A stretch of 64,000 bases of DNA, taken from NCBI GenBank assembly GCA_963777605.1, contig CAVZRV010000027.1, positions 448,001 through 512,000 on the forward strand, in the 5' to 3' direction. Shown here piece after piece: positions 9,814 through 18,785 of this stretch; position 1 is the stretch's first letter, and each line of letters starts with the position of its first letter. A program made the position numbers and the translations under genes. The DNA is from an uncultured Acidobacteriota bacterium. GTDB lineage: Bacteria > Acidobacteriota > UBA6911 > RPQK01 > JAPXNP01. Under the pieces are notes generated by a model, which saw only the letters and a list, made by a program, of their open reading frames with translations, did no database searches and was not told the origin of the DNA.

Positions 9814-10260
9814 CTATCCTCTCAGCAGCGGCTCGGAAACCGAGTATTCACTACCTAATAGGATAACCTGACTGGCTCGCATTTTTGAAGCGTTTATCAC
9901 CAAGGGAGCAAAAAGGTTCGCGGACGCCTCTTCGGGTGTGCAGCCCAAGGTGACGATCGAGTAGGTCAAGCTGGCTTCGGGCTCTCCCAACTCCAGATCG
10001 GTCTGCTGTTCCCCGGAAAGGTGGAACTCATAATCGGGCCGTACCAACTTCGGGTCGATCAGAGGAAACGAGATGATGGGATCCTCAATCGACTGAAGAA
10101 ACTTCATCGGTTCGAAATCCTGGTTGTCGATCAGAAGAAAATGCCTGAGTGCTTTGAATCCGGGAAGTCCATCGGCAATCTCGATGACGTCCGCATCCAC
10201 GTAGCTGACTTTGCCAAATCGGGCGGTATCAATAGCTGTTTCCATCTGAATCTGTCTCAC
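9814..10260 (-). CDS. fliW: Flagellar assembly factor FliW
   Basis: TARFG, GLPGF, FLQSIED, SANLFAPLVIN, QVIL. Adjacent to csrA. Confidence 0.93.
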   Translation of the reverse strand: MRQIQMETAIDTARFGKVSYVDADVIEIADGLPGFKALRHFLLIDNQDFEPMKFLQSIEDPIISFPLIDPKLVRPDYEFHLSGEQQTDLELGEPEASLTYSIVTLGCTPEEASANLFAPLVINASKMRASQVILLGSEYSVSEPLLRG

Positions 10261-11153
10261 CCCATCATGTCGAAGAGATTTCCCTGCTGCAGTCTTGAAC
10301 CGACGCTCAGGGATGCACGCAATGCGGTTTCTGACTGAACCATCTGCGTCATTGCCTCCGCCATGTTGGCGTCCTCCAGGTTGCTCACCTCGGAAGTCAG
10401 ATCAAGGAGGCGGTCATTGATACGAGAATGGGCGTTCTCGGTCTGATTGATGCTCTTGCTGATTTTGAAGCGGGCTGAATCGACGACCTTTCCCGCTTGC
10501 TGGATCTTCGCGAGGTTCAACTTAGCGGTATCCAGATCTCCAGCCTCGAGGTTTCCGATCAACTGGCTCACGGTGTTCATGAGATCTGTGGAAGGGTCGG
10601 AAAATACCTCGGATCCGGTGACATTAAGGGAGATTTTCTCCCCTTGCGAGACTTCGAGTTGAGAATCGTGATCGTCCCCCTGGTAGGTGAAAGTTCCGCT
10701 GGACTCGGACAGGGGTGGCGTGTCAACCTTGCTCCCGGAGAAGATGTAATTCCCATCGATGCTCGTTTCAGCAAGTTGCTGGAGGTTTTCGAGCTTGCCC
10801 TTGAGTTCGAGAGCTATCGAGCCCCGGCTTTCCTGGCTGGTGGTTCCGTTCAGAGCGAAAGTGGTCTTCTCAGTGATGACAGTGATGAGATTCCTGATCG
10901 AGTTTAGCGCTGAGCTTGCGATGCCCAGCTTGGCCTGGGCGCTGCTGACGTTGCGCAGGTACTGATTCGAACGGGAGAAATCCTCCCGGATTCGAACCAG
11001 GCGGGCACTGTCAGCCGGACTATCCGACGGCCGCTGGATCTTCTTTCCTGTCGATACTTGCTGGCTCCAGTCAAACCAGCGCTTGCGGGAAACATCCAGG
11101 CCACTCAAGAAATCCTGAAGTATGCTGCTCTCTGATACTCTCATCGTCTCCAA
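10257..11153 (-). CDS. flgL: Hook-filament junction protein FlgL
   Basis: QVSTGKKIQRPSDSP, GNYIFSG, YQGD, LEDANMAEA, LFDMMG. Confidence 0.93.
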   Translation of the reverse strand: METMRVSESSILQDFLSGLDVSRKRWFDWSQQVSTGKKIQRPSDSPADSARLVRIREDFSRSNQYLRNVSSAQAKLGIASSALNSIRNLITVITEKTTFALNGTTSQESRGSIALELKGKLENLQQLAETSIDGNYIFSGSKVDTPPLSESSGTFTYQGDDHDSQLEVSQGEKISLNVTGSEVFSDPSTDLMNTVSQLIGNLEAGDLDTAKLNLAKIQQAGKVVDSARFKISKSINQTENAHSRINDRLLDLTSEVSNLEDANMAEAMTQMVQSETALRASLSVGSRLQQGNLFDMMG

Positions 11154-11159
11154 GCTCCC

Positions 11160-12530
11160 CTATTTCACGATATTGAGCGTCTCTTCTAACAGAGAGTCGA
11201 GAACGCGAATCATCTTTGCGCTGGCCTGATAGGCCCTCTGGTACTGAAGAAGATTGACCGCCTCTTCATCGAGAGAGACGCCGGAAACCCCGTCCCTCTG
11301 TGACTCGAGATTTCTCAGCACCTTGTCCTGGAGCTGCAGGTTGGAATCCACTCCCCTGGCGGCCAGGCCAGCGTCAAATATGATCTGCGAGAAGTACTCT
11401 GTCATCGACTGTCCATCCAGGCCGGCCAATCGTGTGTCCCGGAGGTCCGCCAGGGCCTGGGCATTGCTTCCGTCCCCGATTCCTCCTCCCGGACTGGCGG
11501 CCGCCACTTCGCTGTAATCGGTCAGTACAACCGAGATGGTGCGGGCTTCATCGCCGGCGGTCACAGAGAAGAAGTCGCCCCCGGGATTCCCGTTCAAATC
11601 GACGCCATTGGAGTGACCAGCGTTGACCTCGGAGACAAGTGCCGCGGTAAAGGTGTTCAATGAATCCCTCGCCGAAGTCAGAACGGAACTCTGGAAATCC
11701 ATCAGTCCGCCCAGCCGTCCTCCGGTTATTTCGGAACTCATGTCCTCTCCGTTGTACTCGACGTAGGCGCCGCTGGATGTTCTGCTTGCGTCGAGGTGAG
11801 TTACGTCGGATCCAATCAGCAGCAAGCGACCCGAGGTGGTCGTGATACTCATGTTGTACGACTGATCGGTTAGAATCTGGACCGACATTTCTTCGGAGAG
11901 CTGGCTGAGCAGCAGTTGACGTTCATCATAAAGGGCCCCGCCGTCATTGCCCCGGTTGAGCATCGGCTGCAGGTCCTCGTTGATTGAGGCAATCCGGTCG
12001 AGGATTCCGTTGACGCTATTGACTGAATCCTCGATGCGAGTCTTGTTGGACTCGTCCAAAGCATCAAGCTGGGTGGTGGTTGCCCGGATCCTGCGCACCA
12101 CCTCATCCCCCTCGGATATCGTGACTTCTCGCAGAGAAACAGAGGAGGGGTCGCCGGCCAATTCCGAGAAGGAATTGAAGAAGAGCGAGAGTTCGTCCGA
12201 AATACCCTGACCGTCGGCCGGAGAGAGGATGCGTTCCAACTCGGCGACTCCGTACTGCTGGCCCTCGTAAAATCCCTTGCTCTGGTACTCCAATGTGATC
12301 CGGCTCTGGAGAAAGACGTCCCGAACCGACTCGATCCGGTCGATTTCCGCCCCGTTTCCGATCACGCCAAACGAGGTCTCCTGGTACGCCCCGGGCTTGA
12401 AGAGTATTCTCCGTCGACTGTATCCATCGGTATTGACGTTGGCGATGTTCTCATTAACGACGCTTAAGCCAACCTGTGCATTTGACAGGCTGCGCATGCT
12501 GGTTTGGATAGCACCGAACAATCCACCCAT
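11160..12530 (-). CDS. flgK: Hook-associated protein FlgK
   Basis: NENIANVNTDGYSRR...SGVSLDEEAVNLLQYQRAYQASAK. Confidence 0.96.
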   Translation of the reverse strand: MGGLFGAIQTSMRSLSNAQVGLSVVNENIANVNTDGYSRRRILFKPGAYQETSFGVIGNGAEIDRIESVRDVFLQSRITLEYQSKGFYEGQQYGVAELERILSPADGQGISDELSLFFNSFSELAGDPSSVSLREVTISEGDEVVRRIRATTTQLDALDESNKTRIEDSVNSVNGILDRIASINEDLQPMLNRGNDGGALYDERQLLLSQLSEEMSVQILTDQSYNMSITTTSGRLLLIGSDVTHLDASRTSSGAYVEYNGEDMSSEITGGRLGGLMDFQSSVLTSARDSLNTFTAALVSEVNAGHSNGVDLNGNPGGDFFSVTAGDEARTISVVLTDYSEVAAASPGGGIGDGSNAQALADLRDTRLAGLDGQSMTEYFSQIIFDAGLAARGVDSNLQLQDKVLRNLESQRDGVSGVSLDEEAVNLLQYQRAYQASAKMIRVLDSLLEETLNIVK

Positions 12531-12532
12531 GG

Positions 12533-12976
12533 TTAAGCCCTCATTCCCCTTCTCAAGGTGCCCTGCCCCGCTCGAATTCCACCTCTGCCGTCGTAGCCCC
12601 GGTGATGGTCGTCGAAAAAGGCCGCCACCAGACCCTGCGCGTGAGCCAGTGAGTGGTGGACGAACCGTCGACTCTTGTGAAGAGCCAATTGAAGTTCGTG
12701 AATCGTACCGTTCAATTCGTCGAGGTGATGCCCCAGGAGGGCCCGGGACTTTCCTTCGCCCGAGGCCAGGAGAGGCTCTCCCCCAGTCGCCTGTAAAATC
12801 TCCTCGTGGAGAGTTCTGACCGCCTCAACCAGAGCGGCCTCTTCCTGGGAGAGCGTTTCAACCCGGTCGAGGTCTTCATCCAGGTACGAGGAGAGTTTCT
12901 CGTCCTCAGTCCGGAGAATTTCCCGGTACAGGTGGGTAAGTCGGATAAGTTGGTCAAACGTCTCGGTAGTGGTCAT
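12533..12976 (-). CDS. flgN: FlgN-family export chaperone
   Basis: Helical 147 aa between flgM and flgK with a C-terminal Y-x-x-x-G motif (GYDGRG). Called mainly on position. Confidence 0.65.
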   Translation of the reverse strand: MTTTETFDQLIRLTHLYREILRTEDEKLSSYLDEDLDRVETLSQEEAALVEAVRTLHEEILQATGGEPLLASGEGKSRALLGHHLDELNGTIHELQLALHKSRRFVHHSLAHAQGLVAAFFDDHHRGYDGRGGIRAGQGTLRRGMRA

Positions 12977-13155
12977 GCTCGTACATCCAGATGATCGCTG
13001 TCACCGGACGCTTCCGTTTCCTTGTCTTCGGAAGCCGTCCTGGACTTGGACTTCGACTGATTCTGGAAGTAGTGGCGGTCCTTCCTCCGATGAGGAGGCC
13101 GGTCCGCTTCCACCCGCTGCCAGCGAGGAAGAACCTGATCGATTTCTCTGATCAT
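12973..13155 (-). CDS. Small hypothetical protein (60 aa) between flgM and flgN
   Basis: RBS GAAGGGGG before ATG. Its stop overlaps the flgN start (ATGA). Ends HLDVRA. Confidence 0.6.
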   Translation of the reverse strand: MIREIDQVLPRWQRVEADRPPHRRKDRHYFQNQSKSKSRTASEDKETEASGDSDHLDVRA

Positions 13156-13223
13156 CTCGTCCCCCTTCGATCAGGCCCTGAAACTGCCGGCAGCAGCTGC
13201 GAGTGCAGATGACCGATGAGACG

Positions 13224-13535
13224 CTAGGCGCTCTTGTCGATCAAACTGCCCATGATGATCGATTCAGCAATTTCCTGGGCCTTGATGTTGTAAGTTCCGG
13301 CGTCGATGCGGGACTCAATCTCGGCAACGCGTTCAGCTCTCACCTCAGGAGCTTCAACAACCCTCTCAGAGAGATACTGAAGTTCTTTACCCTGGACCGA
13401 GAACTCGAGTCGGTCACGGGTCTTCTTCTCAGCGTAAGTCTGTTGCTGCTCCCGCGGGGCTACCTGCTCTTTTTGCGGAGCTTGTAATTCCGGCCGGATA
13501 TAGGGATTATTTCCATCAATCTTCATTGAGCTCAT
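13224..13535 (-). CDS. flgM: Anti-sigma28 factor FlgM
   Basis: DRLEFS...APEVRAERVAEIESRIDAGTYNIKAQEIAESII. Confidence 0.9.
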   Translation of the reverse strand: MSSMKIDGNNPYIRPELQAPQKEQVAPREQQQTYAEKKTRDRLEFSVQGKELQYLSERVVEAPEVRAERVAEIESRIDAGTYNIKAQEIAESIIMGSLIDKSA

Positions 13536-13562
13536 CCTTGGACTAATCTGCGCCCAATCCTA

Positions 13563-13590
13563 TTATCGGTTCACGGTCCCTACTACTTTA
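13563..13590 (-). promoter_or_regulatory. Sigma28 promoter of flgM operon
   Basis: TAAA-N16-ACCGATAA on minus strand, ~30 nt upstream of flgM. Confidence 0.75.
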
Positions 13591-13635
13591 GCCGAAACTT
13601 TGCCCTGTTTCATCACGTGTACAACCGGCACTCAG

Positions 13636-14358
13636 CTATGCAAGCGGATCGATCAACGTTCCTTCCGCCTCTACTTCCAGATGCAGATGTGGACCTGTCG
13701 ATCGGCCGGTGCTTCCGGCCAGTCCAATCTGCTCTCCTTTCGCGATCTCCTTTCCCTGTTCTACAGACAACTCTTTCAAATGAGCGTAACGGACTCGGAC
13801 CCCACCAGGGCCCTCAACCAGCACAGTGTTTCCATAACCGGTTTGATAACCGCTGAAGACCACCTTGCCCGACGTAAGTGACGAAACCTCGGCACCTTCG
13901 TCAAAGGCCAGGTCAACTCCGCGGTGAAATCGCTGTTCGCCGGTGAACGGGTCATTTCTCCAGCCCACCGGAGAGGTCACCCGGTAACTGGACAGAGCTC
14001 GGGCAAATCGCTTTTCGAGCGACTCCGCCGGCTGTGCCGCAACCGGACTGGCAGACCCGCTGGCATTCTCTCCCTGCTGCTCCAATCGCTCAAAGAGAGG
14101 CTTTGACAACCCAATTCCACCCCTCTGGGCAAGAGCTTGGCCGAGTGCCTGGTCCATCATCGATGCGTAAATGTCCTGCCCGGCGCTACCCGGGAAAAGG
14201 CTGTCCTCATCCGACTCCGGACGCATAACGCTGAGCAACTGCTGGATGAATAACGATTCGAACTCCTGAGCCACCCCCTCGAGTGTCCGGGGTCCTCGCG
14301 TCTTGTCCGTCGAGGTCCCAACGTTCAATTGGGCGATAGTATCCAGTTCAACAGTCAT
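13636..14358 (-). CDS. flgJ: FlgJ rod-binding domain fused to M23 peptidase
   Basis: LEGVAQEFESLFIQQLLSVMR...GGIGLS (rod-binding), then HRGVDL and GRSTGPHLHLE (M23 HxxxD/HxH). Follows flgI. Confidence 0.85.
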   Translation of the reverse strand: MTVELDTIAQLNVGTSTDKTRGPRTLEGVAQEFESLFIQQLLSVMRPESDEDSLFPGSAGQDIYASMMDQALGQALAQRGGIGLSKPLFERLEQQGENASGSASPVAAQPAESLEKRFARALSSYRVTSPVGWRNDPFTGEQRFHRGVDLAFDEGAEVSSLTSGKVVFSGYQTGYGNTVLVEGPGGVRVRYAHLKELSVEQGKEIAKGEQIGLAGSTGRSTGPHLHLEVEAEGTLIDPLA

Positions 14359-14430
14359 TGTCCTTGCTCCCCGTAACTTTCCTGCTCGCCCCGGTTCGCC
14401 CGCATCCTGCAGGCCACCACCCGAAATCCA

Positions 14431-15543
14431 CTAGATGATCTCCAATTCGGACTGTAATGCTCCGGCAGCCTTGATTGCCTGGATGATCGCCAGGATGTCT
14501 CTCGGCGTCGCCCCAATAGAGTTGAGCGCCCGGACCACTTCCTCTATCGTGCTGTCGGGTCCGATAATGACGCTCTTCCCCACGTCTTCCTGAACCTGAA
14601 TCGTTTCCTTGGGAACCACGACCGTCTCACCCTGGCCGAACGAGTTGGGCTGTGAGACCTGGAAATCGGTTCCAATCTGGACCGAAAGCGAACCATGGAC
14701 GATCGTCACCGGTGCAATTTTGACCTCCCCGCCGAAAATGATCGTCCCAGTCTTTTCGTTGAGAACGACCCTGGCAGTGTGATCGACGTCCACCGATTCG
14801 TTCTCGATGCCGGCGATGAACTCAACCATCCGCTCCCGAAACTCCGTTGGCACCGCAATTTCCACAGTGCGGCTGTCGAGAGGGCGCGCAACCGTCGAGG
14901 CCAGTTTCCGGTTGACTGTTTCCGCCAGCCGCGTTGCGGTAGTAAAGTCGGCATCATTGAGGACCAACCGAATCACCGACTTCCCTTGAAGCTCAAAGCC
15001 GACTTCGCGTTCGACCAGCGCCCCCTGGGGAATTCGTCCGGCCGTCGGCTGATTCTTCTGAACAGAGGAAGTGCTCGTCTTGGTCGCAAATCCACCGATT
15101 GACACCGCCCCCTGGGCCACCGCGTAAACCTGGCCATTGCCGGCCTTGAGAGGAGTCATCAGAAGGACCCCTCCCTGAAGGCTGTCGGCGTCGCCGACCG
15201 ACGAGGCGGTCACATCAATTCGCCCTCCCACCCGGGCAAACGGAGGAAGGTCCGCAGTGACCATGACAGCCGCCGTGTTGGATACCTGGATCGAAGTCGA
15301 GTTGACGACGATCCCTTCCAACTGGAGAAGGTTGCTCAAGGTCTGGGTCGTAAAGCGGGTCTGGCGACTGTCTCCAGTCCCGTCCAGACCCACGACGAGC
15401 CCATAACCGATCAACTGGTTGTCACGGACGCCCTGAATGTGCGCCACATCCTTGATGCGGGAGGTCAGTCCCCAGAGCGGAGCAACCGATCCCAGTAAAG
15501 TAATCACACTGAGCAAAACCTTGCTTGTTTTCATGATTTTCAA
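14431..15543 (-). CDS. flgI: Flagellar P-ring protein
   Basis: RIKD..IQGVRDNQLIGYGLVVGLDGTGD...IKAAGALQSELEII. Confidence 0.98.
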   Translation of the reverse strand: MKIMKTSKVLLSVITLLGSVAPLWGLTSRIKDVAHIQGVRDNQLIGYGLVVGLDGTGDSRQTRFTTQTLSNLLQLEGIVVNSTSIQVSNTAAVMVTADLPPFARVGGRIDVTASSVGDADSLQGGVLLMTPLKAGNGQVYAVAQGAVSIGGFATKTSTSSVQKNQPTAGRIPQGALVEREVGFELQGKSVIRLVLNDADFTTATRLAETVNRKLASTVARPLDSRTVEIAVPTEFRERMVEFIAGIENESVDVDHTARVVLNEKTGTIIFGGEVKIAPVTIVHGSLSVQIGTDFQVSQPNSFGQGETVVVPKETIQVQEDVGKSVIIGPDSTIEEVVRALNSIGATPRDILAIIQAIKAAGALQSELEII

Positions 15544-16229
15544 AACGGCCAGAATCCTGAAAGGATTCGATAAAGGACGCCCGGTTTCTGGGCTTCCGAG
15601 ACCAGGCCCCGACCGGTTACCGACAACTCCATCTCCGCAATTCGTGCGGACAAAACCGTGTTGGACGGCGAAATGTCGGACGGTCGAACTACCCCTCGCA
15701 ACGTAACGATCTGCCGCTCTCCATTGAGAAGGATTTCTCGATTCCCCTCGATGAGCAGGTTGCGGTTCGGAAATACTTCCGTGACCCGGGCGGTCAGAGT
15801 CGTCGACACGTTACTCTTCCGGGAGGTCGAGGCATCGCCGGCAAACTCTGCGGAACTGTCCGTGTTGATCAGGCTCGGTAACTCGCTGATCTTCTTCTCG
15901 AGTCCGAACAGGCTGGTCGCCGAATTGGCTATGGTCGACGTCTTGGTGCTGTCGGTCGTGGCGCCGCTCACCGCGCTGGTCGATTCCAGCACCTGGACCG
16001 TGACGATGTCCCCCGCGTGCCTGGCCTTGACATCCCGAAAGGCGTCCGAGTAACCGGCCCGGTCGGTCCAGACCGACCCGCTGCCATTGCCGTCCGGCAT
16101 ATTGATGGAACGGGCCTGGCGGGCGTAATCGTCCAGCCCCCTGCTCACACCGGACTGACGACTGGCCGGCCCGCAAGCGGATAGGCCCAGTGCCATCACT
16201 ACGGAAATCAATAGAAACTCTCTTTTCAT
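15540..16229 (-). CDS. flgH: Flagellar L-ring lipoprotein
   Basis: Lipobox LSAC, DVKARHAGDIVTV, LRGVVRPSDI, terminal WPF. Confidence 0.96.
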   Translation of the reverse strand: MKREFLLISVVMALGLSACGPASRQSGVSRGLDDYARQARSINMPDGNGSGSVWTDRAGYSDAFRDVKARHAGDIVTVQVLESTSAVSGATTDSTKTSTIANSATSLFGLEKKISELPSLINTDSSAEFAGDASTSRKSNVSTTLTARVTEVFPNRNLLIEGNREILLNGERQIVTLRGVVRPSDISPSNTVLSARIAEMELSVTGRGLVSEAQKPGVLYRILSGFWPF

Positions 16230-17173
16230 TTTCTTACTCCTGGCACATCGACCTGTACGATTCCAAGCCCTACGACACGGGCCTGAATGAGCTGTTTACT
16301 GCTGACGTTCTCGACCGTGACCAGGTCACCGCGAGACCCGGAGTCCCGCGCCCGGGCGGCCATACTGATGGAGAGAGCTGCAGTCCGCGCGATCAGCATG
16401 ACACTCTCACCCCGCTTCACCAGCACCGCCTCCTGGACGTCACGGCCACGGAGAATTTCGCCCTTCGCGATGTTCCGCTTGAGGACCGAGCCAACCAAAG
16501 AGTCCGGGTTCGTGATGCAACCTTCCAATTCCTGGACCTCCCGACGATCGACGGCCAGGTCCGAGGCTTTCAGGGTTTCCCCAAATCCAAGATCCCGAAG
16601 CAACACTACGACTTCTCCGGTTGCCCTTGCCCGAACTCGAACCCACTGACTGCGTTGGTGCCGGCCATCGACGCTGACATCGAGTTTCAGCGTCACCCCG
16701 TCGAGACGGGTGGGAATGTTCGAAGCGTTCACTGCAATGGTTGCCTTGCCTTCCGGCAACGCGACATCCTGCGGCATTTCCAGGTCGAGGATCTCGATCG
16801 TTATTCCTGGATGAACCGAGGACAGGTACGAGGAAACCGCGTCCCGGACCAACTGCGGATCGAGCAGGCTGCTGGCGCGACTGAGGAGGACCTGATCGGG
16901 CATTTCCACCTTTAGATCGGTGATCCCTGCCCTCTTCAAGGTGCTCATTACCTCAGTCCTGGTGAGCCAGCGATGTAGTCCCGGATACGGTGCATAGCCG
17001 AAAGAGACATCCCCGTACTCCGGCGGCAGATCGGCAGACAGGTCCCGCAGACTGACCTGGTCATTCCGCACCTCGATCCGATCGGGCAAGACAATCGACT
17101 GACCGAACAGCGGAACGGCAGCCAACGATTGGAAGAAAACCACAAATCCAGCAAGAAAGAGAACCCGCCTCAT
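16226..17173 (-). CDS. flgA: P-ring formation chaperone FlgA
   Basis: Signal peptide, SAF domain, LVKRGESV, ARDSGSRGDLVTVENVSSKQ. Confidence 0.9.
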   Translation of the reverse strand: MRRVLFLAGFVVFFQSLAAVPLFGQSIVLPDRIEVRNDQVSLRDLSADLPPEYGDVSFGYAPYPGLHRWLTRTEVMSTLKRAGITDLKVEMPDQVLLSRASSLLDPQLVRDAVSSYLSSVHPGITIEILDLEMPQDVALPEGKATIAVNASNIPTRLDGVTLKLDVSVDGRHQRSQWVRVRARATGEVVVLLRDLGFGETLKASDLAVDRREVQELEGCITNPDSLVGSVLKRNIAKGEILRGRDVQEAVLVKRGESVMLIARTAALSISMAARARDSGSRGDLVTVENVSSKQLIQARVVGLGIVQVDVPGVRK

Positions 17174-17180
17174 GACCTCG

Positions 17181-17969
17181 TTACCTCACCATGTTATTGA
17201 CGTTCGAGTACATGCTGTCGGCTGTCTTGACGACTTTCGAACCCGCCTCATAGGCACGCTGGCTGACGATCAGGTTGATCATCTCTTTGACAACGTTGAC
17301 GTTGGACTGCTCGACAAATCCCTGCAGAAGGGTACCGACGCCGTTTTCTCCAGGGCTCCCGGTGATCGGGTCTCCACAGGCTGAGGTTTGCAGGTACAGA
17401 TTCCTTCCAATGCTGTTGAGCCCGGCCGGATTGGAAAACACTGCCAGTTGAATCCGTCCCACCTGCTGAGCATTGGTTTGCCCCGGCAGGCTCACCGATA
17501 CGGTACCGTCGGCAGCGATACTGATACTGGTGGCCTCTGCTGGGATAGAGACCTGGGGATCGAGCGGGTCGCCCGAGGCCGTCACCAGATTGCCGTCCCG
17601 ATCGAGGTGGAGTGCCCCGCCCCTGGTGTAAGCAATCTGGCCGTCCGGAAGGCGAACCTGGAAGAAGCCCCGCCCCTCGATGACCATGTCCAGCTCGTTG
17701 CCGGTCTCGACGTAGTCCCCCTGCAGGAAGATGACTTCGTTGGAAACGGCCCGGGTTCCCAGCCCGATCTGGAGACCCGTGGGGATCTCGGTGGAAGTGG
17801 ACGCGCTGCTGCCGGGGGCGACCACGTTCTGGTACAGAAGGTCCTGGAACTGGGTCCGCCGCTGTTTGAAACCGGCCGTATTCACGTTTGCCAGATTGTT
17901 GGCGATATTGTCGATGTTCAGCTGGATTGCATCCATGCCACTTGCAGCACTGTATAGAGCTCGTAACAT
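17181..17969 (-). CDS. flgG: Distal rod protein FlgG
   Basis: MLRALYSAASGM, IANNLANVNTAGFK, FQDLLYQ, EQSNVNVVKEM, QRAYE. Confidence 0.97.
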   Translation of the reverse strand: MLRALYSAASGMDAIQLNIDNIANNLANVNTAGFKQRRTQFQDLLYQNVVAPGSSASTSTEIPTGLQIGLGTRAVSNEVIFLQGDYVETGNELDMVIEGRGFFQVRLPDGQIAYTRGGALHLDRDGNLVTASGDPLDPQVSIPAEATSISIAADGTVSVSLPGQTNAQQVGRIQLAVFSNPAGLNSIGRNLYLQTSACGDPITGSPGENGVGTLLQGFVEQSNVNVVKEMINLIVSQRAYEAGSKVVKTADSMYSNVNNMVR

Positions 17970-17981
17970 TGCGGTTCTCCT

Positions 17982-18728
17982 TCAGGGTTTGGCCAGTTCG
18001 TTGATTAATCGACTGTCCACATCGCGGGTCAGCGAGCGAACGGCCTGCGACAGCATTTCGAAGCTGCGCATAAGAGTGATCATGTCGGTCACGGCCTTAA
18101 CCGGGTTGACGTTAGCCTGTTCGAGGAACCCCTCGGCCACGTTCAACGAAGTTGGCGGGATCTCCGCCATCCCGTCCGGTGCCCGGAACAGGCTCGCTCC
18201 GACAGGCACCAGTTTCGACAGGTCCTGGAACGAGACAATCTTCAGGGTTCCCGTCACGATTCCGTCGACACTGACCTGCCCGTTCGCCGAGACATTCAGC
18301 TCTCCGGGAGGGAGCGTCAAGACCTGGTCTCCCCTGGGGTCCTGGGCCAGGACAAAATCACCACTGGCGGTGACCAGCCGGCCCTGGGCATCAAGGGAAA
18401 AATCACCATTTCGGGTATATCGGATTCCGTCGGATGTCCGAACTGCGAAGAACCCGTCCCCCATAAGAGCGAAGTCGAGGCTGTTCCCCGTTTCGGTCAG
18501 GCTGCCTCCCGAGAAATCGGCCTGGCTCAGCGTCTTGACGATCGGACCATTGATCGCCGATCCGAGCTCCGTCAGGCTCTCGTCCTGGAGCAAGTCCTGG
18601 ACCTGGAAGTAGAACTTGTTCTGCTTGAATCCGGGAGCCTGCAGGTTCGCCAGGTTGTTGCTCAACACCTCAAGGGCATCGATTCGGCTCTGCAGTGCGG
18701 CGTATCCCATGTAAATCGAGTGGCTCAT
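17982..18728 (-). CDS. flgF: Proximal rod protein FlgF
   Basis: SNNLANLQAPGFK, TGNSLDFAL.GDGFF, YTRNGDF, LEQANVNPV. Confidence 0.93.
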   Translation of the reverse strand: MSHSIYMGYAALQSRIDALEVLSNNLANLQAPGFKQNKFYFQVQDLLQDESLTELGSAINGPIVKTLSQADFSGGSLTETGNSLDFALMGDGFFAVRTSDGIRYTRNGDFSLDAQGRLVTASGDFVLAQDPRGDQVLTLPPGELNVSANGQVSVDGIVTGTLKIVSFQDLSKLVPVGASLFRAPDGMAEIPPTSLNVAEGFLEQANVNPVKAVTDMITLMRSFEMLSQAVRSLTRDVDSRLINELAKP

Positions 18729-18743
18729 CTACAATCACCTTTC

Positions 18744-18760
18744 TGCACGTCCAGTGCCAG
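18744..18760 (-). promoter_or_regulatory. Sigma54 promoter of flgF operon
   Basis: CTGGCAC-TGGAC-GTGCA (GG-N10-GC). Confidence 0.75.
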
Positions 18761-18785
18761 ACAAGTCGCACTGAGAATCCACGAC

